Of a stretch of 63,971 nt of DNA, positions 50,018-60,921 are shown in pieces. The DNA is from Azolla caroliniana. Its lineage: Eukaryota > Plantae > Polypodiophyta. The DNA lies in NCBI GenBank assembly GCA_043228905.1, contig JBHGNT010000008.1, forward strand, positions 8,556,030 through 8,620,000, given 5' to 3'. How positions within the stretch are numbered: the stretch's first letter is position 1; every line of letters starts with the position of its first letter. The notes beneath the pieces are model-generated. The model saw nothing but the letters and a program-made list of their open reading frames with translations, ran no database searches and had not been told where the DNA came from. Both the position numbers and the translations under genes were made by a program.

Positions 50018-53000
50018 CTCGTGACTTCAGAGTACTTCACTACAACAGTCGACACATTGCACATAGTTGTAACGAAAGTTTCCCACAAAGGGGGGAGACT
50101 ACTCATGAGCAACATTGCTTTTAGCTCGTCTTCAATTGTTGTCCCTTGAGCCGAAATTTGGGGGCATAAGCTTTCGTACTCATTGAGGTGTCCTTGGATG
50201 AGTCAGATTCTTTCATCCGAAGGTTGTAGAGTCATCGGATCAGGTATATATTTGTTGCAACAACGTCCTTTTTGTAAGTGTCAGAGATTTTCTTCTAGAG
50301 TTGGAAGGCAGTCAAACACAATTAGACTCTGAAGTAAACCAACTCCGAAAAGTGCATCCGAATGATGATTTTGTCTAGCTTTGTCCACTTATTCGGCTTG
50401 TATCCTTCTAGAGTGTTTTCTGTCTTGATTGGATCGATCTGACCCTTGACGATTAGATAGTCCCGCATCTCCTCTTTTCTAGATAGAGTGTTTCCATCTC
50501 CTCCTTAGACTCATCTCTGATGAGTCAGATGTTGATGCCATCTGTGTTGGGCTACTAAACTTTGTCCTAAGTCGATTGGAATTAGTGATGGGATGCAACC
50601 AACTGGCTCACCTGATATCGTTCTAGTCGGATTTGGACACGAGTTGAATCGACTTCGACTATTTGTGGGTTTTGTCCGAAGTGGCTACAGTCGATCGACT
50701 TCGCCGAATTGGACATGAAAGCACCAACTAGTTAGCCGATTGAATTTCGGATGATAGCTAGGTACAAAACTTGCTCAGAGTGACTGAGTGAGTAGAGGGA
50801 CAGAGCCAACTGGTCTTCCTGAATATCACCTAACCAAATTGAGCACATTTAACTATCAATCCGATTCAGTTGGCCGATCATAGGTTACATGCCTTTGTGC
50901 CATTTTCTAGGCCAATCCTGCTTTGAATGTCTACAACGATGAGAGGGATGGAGCCGATTGGTCCTCCCAAATGTCGTCTAGCTGAATGAAGCATCGATAA
51001 GGGTTGTTCCTTGGAGCCCAATCTGCCACAAGTGGTTACGATAAGTGAGTGAATAAAATCGAATCACCTATTTGATTGCCGTCTAACCTGATGAATCACG
51101 ATTGAGGCCGAACTTGCGAAACAAAGTCTCACTCCGAGCTGCTACAATCACAGTGGTAAAGTACTACCAACTGGCCTACTTCAAGCATGATTTAGAACTG
51201 TGGAGTGCAGACTTTCTAGGTGTTTTATCTTATTTGAAGATGATCTTGTAGAAGTTGCTAATTGAGAAATTTTAGTCCGATTGAAATCTCAGAATTTGTT
51301 TTATCAAGGTGAAGGTAAGGTAACAAAGAGATCTTCAAGGGTTGCCAAAAGGTGAAATGATGATGAAGACAAAAGGATGATTGGCTGAAAAAATCAAAAA
51401 ACCATGCGTTGAAACCAGATGTTGGAATCAGTCGTCTAGTGCGGAACAATCTCAACACTCTTTGAGTTGAAGATCTTCACTGAGTACAAACAAATATATT
51501 GATAACAATAGACGACTGAAACATGAGACAAGATCAACTGTAATGGAACAAAGGAAGAGAGACAATAGATTAGGCACAAGCAAGATGTAATTATATTATT
51601 CTCAGAGAGTTACTATAGCCCAATGTACATAATGAACAACCAACCTTAGACTAGGTTACAAGAGTCAGTTTAAATACCAACTGACTTAGGGCAACTGCCC
51701 TTTCAACAATTTACTGAAATAGCCTAAACATAGTGTGTCCAATGGGACAATTTGAATACGACCATTATATACCCATATTCAATAGTCCCATTGTTGTCCT
51801 CAGTGCTCTAAAGTGTTGATTTGGGAGTGGCTTCATTAGGCAATTGATGATGTTCACCTCGGTGTCGATCTTCCAGATGTCGAGCTTCTTCGCATTTACC
51901 AGCTCCCGAATATGATGAAACCGCAGCTCAATATGGTTTGTCTTCATGTGGTAGACATGATTTCTAATGAGGTGTATTGCACTTTGTGATTTGCAATAGA
52001 TGGTTGGCGTAGGATGGTCAATTTGGCTTGTAAGATTAGCTTAGCTGGACCAAGATCCTTCATGGAAAACGATTTACTTAGAGCTTTCTTTAAGCTCGCA
52101 ATCCTTTTGATATCTTGTTTGACTACAAAATGTCATCCACATAGAGTAAGAGAATCAAGAAGTCATCTTCACTATAACTTTTGACAAAAACACAGTGATA
52201 AGCTTGTGTTTTATGGAATCCATGTTCCAACATGAAGGATTCAAACTTCTTATACCATTGACGTGGAGCTTGCTTTAGACCATACAAGCTCTTCCTTAGT
52301 CAACATACTATATTCTCTTTTCCTTTCTCCACAAAACCTTCAAGCTGTTGCATATAGGTTTCTGTTGAGGATCAAGCACATTGGGATTTGAACCTTGTAC
52401 CTTTACTTTATATATTATAGAACTTATAATAATGATATGTATCATTTATTATTATACGATAAACATACTAGCATGTAATGCATAGAATGTCATGCATACA
52501 TGAAGCCATGTGGTGAGCATGTGGCGAACATGCTCGCATGCTTCATCTTATATAAAGGGGGCTTACCCCCACCGTTCAATAAGACTTATTTTTAGAAGAT
52601 ATCTCATATCTAGATCTCAACATGGTATCAGAGCCATAATCAACCGTTTCTCTTTGCCAAAGATTCTCCCATCATTTCTCTATTACTTCTCCACAAACTC
52701 AACCATCAATATCAACATCTCAACACCATAGCCAACTTTTGTACAACCTTTTCTTCCTCATCTCAACTATCAATATCAACATCTCAACAATAAGCGATTT
52801 CTTCTACGATTATTGCAACGACACATCGAAAGGCCGTCAAGCATCAAGCTATCACAAACACGCAAGCTCTTCAACAACAATAGTTTTTTGGTAAACACTT
52901 TTAATTAAGATCCTTACGTACTTGCATTCAATATGTCTGTTCAAGTATCGAAACTTCAAAATTAGACTAAAGATAATTATGCATCATGGAAGTATAAAGT

Positions 53001-55241
53001 CATGTTGTTTTTAAAAGTAGAAGAATTGTGGCATATAGCTGTTAATGATAAACCTAGTCCTACAATAAAAGAAGAAGATAGAAAGGGAAAGGAAAAAGAA
53101 TCTGGTGTTATTGAGGATGCAAAGGATTGGAATAAAAATGATGCACAAGCCATGGTAATACTTTCAAACACTCTTTCATCATCTTTGATTCCACATATGA
53201 AGCATTGTAATACTACTAAGGAAATGTGGAATACATTAGAAAAGATTTTTTCGAATGTATATTCGGCTAGAAAAATGCAACTAAAAGAGTGCCAATTACA
53301 AAATGTTAAAATGGATAGAAACATGACAATCATGGATTATGTTGGAAAAATTAGGAAAATTGTGGATGATTTGGCATTGATAGATTGTATTGTGGATGAT
53401 GATGATATTGTGCGTGTATGTTTGAAAGGATTGTCATCAAACTTTAATATATTTAAAACATCCATTTATGTTGCTGGAATACCATCATTTGCTACAAGAA
53501 GAACAAATTACAAGGTTATCAAAGAGTGGTAAGGATTGGAGTGAAGAACCATCTTTCTATGCTAATAGAGGAAAATCTCTAAGAGGAAGAGGAGGAAGGT
53601 GGCAACAACGAGGAAGAAATCAAGCTCGTGGAAGATGGCAAAATGAACAAATTTACAATGAAAATGAACAAGAAGGTGAGAACTACAATAACAATAATAA
53701 TAGAGGGAGAGGGAGAATGCAAAGAGGACGAAAATTTCAGAATAATCAAGGTAATTTTCATGGTTATTCAGCCTCAACTATTAAGTGTTTTTATTGTAAT
53801 AAGATTGGGCATCATGTGCAAGACTATTGGATTCGACAAAGTGATATAAAGAATGGAAAATATAGTGAAAGTAATTATGCATCCAGTAGTATTACTCAAG
53901 TAGATGAACATGATGAGAATACATGTGATAAAAATGCACTTGCAGTTACAATTGGTAAGAATGCAAATAATGCTTAGTATCTTGATTCTGGTTGTTCAAA
54001 TCACATGACAGGAGATTGTGGTTTGTTTGATGCAACAAAGGGTTTGTCCACTCCAATTGAAATTTGTATGGGTGATGATACATATTATGATGTAAAAAGT
54101 TGTGGAGATGTTCAATTGCATTTGTCGAATGACATGTCCAAAAAGCTAAAAGATGTGTGGTACGTACTTGGTGTTAAAAAGAATTTAATTTCTATTGGTC
54201 AACTAGTTGAGAAAGATATGGATGTATTGTTTGATAAGTATGGATGTACAATAACAAGTTCAAACACGGGAGAAGTGCTTGTAACCAGAAGAAAAGTAGG
54301 AAAAATGTTCATATTGAATGACACAGAAAAGAAATGCATGATTGCAAATAAAAAAAATGAGTTTGAGTTGTGGCATAAAAGATTGGGACATGTGAGTGCA
54401 AAAAGATTGTTAAATATGAGTAATAATGATTTGGTTCAAGGATTGCCAAAGATTAATAGAGATTGTGTTCTACCTTTTTGTGAGCCGTGTAGTAAAGCAA
54501 AGTTCACAAGGACGGTAATGCCGATGAGGAATCCAACTTTCAAGCACCCATTGGAGTTGGTTCATACGGATGTTTGGGGTCCTTCACAGTAACAAGCATT
54601 GGAGTATCAAGGTATTTTGTAACATTCATTGATGATTATTCTACAATGGTGTGGATATACTTTGTAAAAAAGAAAAGTGACATTTTTACAAAGTTCATTG
54701 AATTCAAGAAAATGGTTGAAAATCAATGTAATAGAAAAATAAAAATGCTTCGAAGTGATGGAGGAACTGAGTATATGTCAAATGAATTTGATAAGTTCTT
54801 AATAGAAATGGTATTATAAGGCAAGTCACACCTAGATACACTCCTCAAATGAATGGAGTTGCAGAAAGGAAAAATAGACATATACTAGAGACAGCTAGAG
54901 CTATGCTATTTGAAGTAAATTTGTCAAAAAGGTTTTGGGCTGATACTTGTCACTATGCAGTGACTTTGATAAATAGAATGCCAACAACCATAATTGTTAA
55001 TAATACTCCTTATGAATTGTTTTATAATAAAAAGCCTCGAGTTGATACATTAAAAGCTTTTGGATGTATTTGCTATGTATATGTTCCTAGTCAAGTAAGG
55101 AAGAAGCTTGATGAAAAGGCTATAAAGTGTATTTTCCTATTGATGTCATAAAAAAAGGATATAGATACATCTCAAAGAGTGTAAAATTTGATGAAATGCA
55201 AAATAGGAAAACATTAGAATGTGATGTGCAAATGCCTTTGT

Positions 55242-58200
55242 TGTTGAGCGGCAAGCTCAATTGGAGCCGGATCGGCTGAATAAGCCTGAGCCGGTAAGCG
55301 AGACGGATCGGTAAGCCGTGAGCAACCGAGCCGGCAAGCAACAGAGCCGGTGAGCTGGGGAGCTGGTTAGCCGGATCCAATCGGTAACCGGAAGCCTAGT
55401 ATTAATTTAGACTACTAGGCAATTATAGTCTCGTAGTAAGTGTCAGAAGCTCGTGTGAGCATTGAAGTACGCGGTACTTCTGTCAGTCCCATGAGGACTT
55501 GTATAAATAGTGCTACTGAGCACAGTTGTATGGGACAAAGTGATTATATCGTTTTGAATATAGCTTTTACGTTCTGCTCTCCATGTCTCTCCCGTTTTCT
55601 CTGTGTATTCCCTACTTTCTCTATTTTCTAACGCTTCCGCAAGTAATTGTTTACATGGTATCAGAGCGCGAGGGTTGAGAACCTCCTTTGCAGCCGACAA
55701 ATGCTTGAAGGCAAACCCTAACAGGTCGTAAAACAGTAGACATAGAAGTGATGGATAGAGGGAAGGCTAGCTCGCTCCCTGTGGAGAAACTCGATAGATC
55801 CAACTATGCATCTTGGTCGTATAAGATGCACCAATACTTGCTTGGGCATGGCTACTAGAGTTTCGTCGAAGGAGCCAACGAAACAACACCTATTGCGGCA
55901 CATAAGGACTTCCCAGTGTGGGAACAATCGGCAAGCAGAGTGATGTACTGCTTCGCGTCCAGTGTCGGAGACCAGCTGCTGAGCCACATCCGAGACGCCA
56001 AGATGCCGAAGGAGGCTTGGGGGAACTTGAAGAAGGTTTTCGCCGCGAGCACTACAACCCGGAAGCTACAACTCCAGCAGGAGTTGAGCAATGTCTGACA
56101 GAAGGACATGTTAGTGGCGGATTACACGGCCCGGATCAAAGAGATCTGTGACTCGCTTGCCTCTATCAACGTTACCGTAGAGGAAGACGAGATGGTATAG
56201 GTCTGTCTTGGGGGCCTGGCGTCTAAGTTCAAAGCGTTCCGAACGGCGGTGTGTACAAGGGAGAATACACCATCATTTTTCGACTTACAGTCGATGCTCC
56301 TTGTAGAGGAGAACCACGCCAGTGCGTCAACTAGCGCACCCACTGACAGCCGGATGTTGTACACGGAGGCAGATCGGTCCCGTGGGCGTGGTGGACGAGG
56401 CGGGTTGGCACGCAATGGAGGCGTCTGGGAAGACCAAGAGAGAAGGCACAGAGAACGTGCCGACAACAGTTTCGGGACTCCCACAGGCAGGGGGAGTCAT
56501 GGCGACACTGGAAGATGGCAAGAGAAGTCAGCAACGGAATGCTGGTATTGTGGCAAAAAGGGCCACAGAGAAAGCGAGTGTTGGAGAAAACGAGCCGATT
56601 CGGACAAATCTGGATCCGGCTCGCACTACGCCGAAAGGGATCGGGAGGATCCAAGAAGGGTAACGGGCCAACCTTGGTAATGAAGCACAAGGCGAACTCG
56701 ATGAAGAAGACCACTTCCAAATTAGAGGAAGTGTGGTATGTTGATTCTGGTGCGTCGAACCACATGACGAGCCACAAAGAGTGGTTCTCCTTTTTGGAGA
56801 AACCGAATCAACCAGGAGTAGTTGAAACCGGAGACTACACTCCTCACCCAATCGTGCACGTCGGAGAAGTTCCTTTGAGCCACGTTGGACATAAGGGGAA
56901 GCTGATGAACGTATTACACATTCCGAAAATCATGAAGAAGCTAGTGTCAGTCGGACAGATTGTTAACCAGGGGATGCAGGTGCGGTTTACGCACCTTGGG
57001 TGCTTCATCGAGGAAGAGGGCCAGATTATTGCGCAAGGGCACAGAGACGGGAGGATGTTTATCCTCGACACCAATGACGTTGGCACCGCTCTGTTTGCAA
57101 AAGGACAGAAGGTCGAATCGGACATCGACCCGTGGCACAAGTGGATAGGCCACGTCAATTACCGGAGGCTTCAAGACCTGCAAACGAAACAAGTTGTTTT
57201 CGGTTTGTCGAACTTTAGCGGCCGGAAGACCCAAGTATGTGAAGCCTGCCAACTCGGGAAGCAACACCGGCTTCCATTCCCTACCGAACATAACCGGAGC
57301 CGTAACAAGCTCAACCTAATCCATTCGGATGTGTGGGGACCGGCACAGAATGTTAGTCTTGGCGGGAGTTGATATTTCATCTCCTTCATCAACGACTATA
57401 CGCGACACACATGGATCTACCTCATTGAGCGTAAGAGTGAAGTCTTCGAGTGTTTCCGGAGTCTCCAAAGCATGGTGGAATGGGAATCGGAGAGGAAGAT
57501 CAAATGCCTGCGGTCGGATGGCGGGAAAGAATACTTTTTTGGCCAATTCAACAGTTATCTGCAGCAAACGGGAATTCGGCGAGAGTTTAGCTGCAGATAC
57601 ACACCACAACAGAATGGTGTTGCCGAGAGGAAGAACCGGTCGCTTATCGATGCGGCAAGGGCAATGCTAGAGGAGAAGAGCATGCCCAAATTCTACTGGG
57701 TGGAGGCAGTCTGAATGGTTGTCTACATCCAGAACCGGATCGGTGACAAGCTGTCAGCTCACGAGCTGTATTTCGGGCGTAAGCCGAATTTGAGACACCT
57801 TAAGATCTTCAGTAGCATTGCATATGTGCATGTACCGGATGAGAAGCGGAGGAAGCTGGATGCAAAATCGGAAAAATGCATCCTCGTCGGCTATGCTCAA
57901 GAGCAAAAGGGTTATAAGTGTTATAACCCCCGGACAAGGCAGATCCAAGTTAGTCGAGATGTCGAGTTTGATGAATTGGCATCGTGGTACTCCTTACCAA
58001 CTCTGACTTCCGAATCTGACCCGATGCCGGAGGATGAGGCTAGTGAGCCTGAACCGGCCCAGGTAGAGGATGATGAAGCGTCGACTCAGGATGAGAGTCT
58101 AGAATCGTTCCGGTTGAGCGGGCCGAATCAGAGATTGAGTCAATCTGACCAGTCCGATGAGGAACCGGCGAATAGTGGAGACTCTGTTGTGCACTCCCCA

Positions 58201-60921
58201 CGCAAGGAACCGAGGAGACCGGCAACGATGTCGGAATTCGAAACCGGCAACGATGAGTCGGATATGTGTGCATCCAACTCTAGCAAGGAGAAAGGTGGAT
58301 CTTCGGCAACGAAGACCGAACCGGCCAAGAAGGGCCTCAAACCGGGTAACGGTGAGTTACGCCGGTCCACCCGCCAGAAGGATCCCGTCAAGCGGTATGG
58401 GTACAATGAGTACATGGCGCATCACTATGCGTACATGACTAAGGTGGCGGAAGTGCGTGAGTTGGAGAGCTACACAGAAGCGGCCAAGGACGGAAATTGG
58501 CGTGCCACTATGGAGGAAGAAATGCGGACACTTGATGTCAACGAGACATGGGACCTGGTTGACCCTCCTTGTCACTGTAAACTGATCGGATGCAAGTGGA
58601 TATACAAGGTAAAGTTCAACGCCGACGGTTCTGTTAAATGGTATAAAGCCCGGTTAGTGGCGAAGGGATATGCGCAGACCCACGGAATCGACTACGACGA
58701 GACCTTCACTCCTGTAGCGAAGATGACAACGGTTCGAGTAGTGCTGGTGGTTGCTGCGGCAAGGGGGTGGCATCTTCATCAGATGGATGTGAAGAATGCA
58801 TTTCTTGAAGGTGATCTTGAAGAAGAAGTCTTTATGACTCAGCCTCCCGAGTTTCAATCGGAGATGAACAAGTCGGTGGTATGTCGGTTGAAGAAGTCGT
58901 TGTACGGCCTGAAGCAAGCCCCTCGAGCTTGGAATGCGAAGATGACGTACCGGTTGCGTAAGATGGGGTTTGTGGCCTCCAAATCGGACTCTTCATTGCT
59001 CATCCGGCAAGGCTCAATCGGTCCGGTATGTATACTGCTGTATGTTGATGATCTAGTCATCACCGGACCGGGTGTTCCAGAAATCAACCGCGTCAAGTCC
59101 CAGTTGTCGGATGCATTTGAGAAGAAGGATCTGGGGGACCATTATTTTCTAGGGATCGAGGTGATCCGAACCCCGGACAGCATATTGCTCTCACAATGAC
59201 ATTACGTCTTGAATATGTTGTACAAGTTTGGCATGACAGAATGTTGACCTGTATCCACACCCTTGGACCGGAACCAGAAGCTTCGTCCCAACTCCGGACC
59301 GGCCTGCAACGAGCAATGGTTCCGACAAATTTTCGGAAGCCTTATTTACTTGACTATCACGCGACCCGACGTCAGCTATCCGGTCGGAATGATAAGTCAG
59401 TTCATGCAGAAGCCGACCGTGGAGCACCTTCAATGTGCGCAAAGGATATTGCGGTATGTCAGCGGCACGAAGAACCGTGGACTGTTATACCGGCGAGGTA
59501 TACCCGAAGAGCTCGTCGGTTACACGGATGTCGACTGGGCCGGTGATGCATTAGATCCCCAATCAACCTCTAGTTACATGTTTTCCCTAGCTAGCGCGGC
59601 TATTGCGTGGAGCAACAAAAAGCAGCCAACAGTTGCTCTGTCGAGCACTGAGGCTAAGTATCGTGGTGCTACTCTTGCCACCTGTGAAGCCATTTGGCTT
59701 TGGCAACTGTTGCAAGACCTACGGATCGAGGTCCTGACCCCAACTCTAGTCTACTGCGACAACATCAACAGCATGCAACTCGCCAAGAACCCCGTATTCC
59801 ATGCTCGCACAAAGCACATAGAAGTGCACTATCACTTTGTGCGTGAGCGTGTCCTGAGCGGTGAGGTCGAACTTCGGTATGTTCACACGGATCGGCAAGT
59901 TGCCGACATCTTCACCAAACCGCTCGGATCGGACAAGTTGTAGCACTTCACCGAAATGCTTGGTGTTCAGCATCTCGATGTGCCACACTTGAGGGGGAGA
60001 ATGGGCAAAGACACCGGAACGGGCAAAGGCAAAGAGACTGCCGATTGCACCGGTGAGGGAAGAACAGAAGGCGACAGAGTCAAGAAGGACAGAGCCGACT
60101 GAAGGAAGAAGGCCAAGACCTGGACATGGCCCGATGTGGTGAAGGGCTTGGAACCAGAAGAAGAATCGGGAGCAACCGATTCGGACAAGAGCTGGAACGA
60201 ATTAGAGACAGTCGATTCGGTTCAAAAGACAGATTCGGAAGAACCGGATCAATTCAAGGCCATGTAGACACGGATGCAACGGAAGTCGATGCCATCGCGA
60301 AGGAACCAACGGATTGATAAGCGCCGGAGGCATAGCAGCGAAGGAGCTGAGAGGGGCCTATTGACCAGACATACCGACCGAGAAGGTCGAGGCGCGCAGA
60401 ACAAGAGGGGTCGTGGCAAACACAACCGGACCGGACGAGGAGCGCGAGCAAGACGGAGCGACGTCAAGAGAAGTCGGTTGGAAGAACCAACTGCCACAGA
60501 GACTGACACTAGGATCCAACCTCAAGTTGAGCTTGAGGGGGAGTGTTGAGCGGCAAGCTCAACTAGAGCCGGATCGGTAAGCTGTGAGCAACGGAGCCGG
60601 CAAGCAACAGAGCCGGTGAGCTGGGGAGCCGGTTAGCCGGATCCAATCGGTAACCGGAAGCCTAGAATTAGTTTAGACTACTAGGCAATTATAGTCTCGT
60701 AGTAAGTGTCAGAAGCTCGTGTGAGCATTGAAGTATGTGGTACTTCTGTCAGTCCCATGCGGACTTGTATAAATAGTGCTACTGAGCACAGTTGTATGGG
60801 ACAGAGTGATTATATCGTTTTGAATATAGCTTTTACGTTCTGCTCTCCTTGTCTCTCCTGTGTACTCTGTGTATTCCCTACTTTCTCTGTTTTCTAACGC
60901 TTCTGCAAGTAATCATTTACA
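55242..60921 (+). mobile_element. GC-rich copia H: LTRs 55242-55655 and 60544-60921, PBS 55656-55667, TSD TTTGT
   Basis: LTR pair; TGGTATCAGAGC; PPT GAGGGGGAG; perfect TSD at 55237-55241 and 60922-60926. Confidence 0.96.
55751..60549 (+). pseudogene. H gag-pol with C-terminal extension after RNase H
   Basis: CWYCGKKGH; WYVDSGAS; IHSDVWGP; YVDD; TKHIEVHYH; the same frame continues to ELEGEC* inside the 3' LTR. Confidence 0.92.

Larger units (their letters stand above)
38294..51784 (-). mobile_element. Decayed full-length copia C': LTRs 38294-38655 and 51420-51784, PPT ~38656-38663, TSD GTCCT/GTCCC; hosts F and G
   Basis: LTR pair; degenerate PBS ~51406-51417; LDLVHSDV integrase (48169-48501); RT (46546-47340); RNase H split by F. 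Confidence 0.88.
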
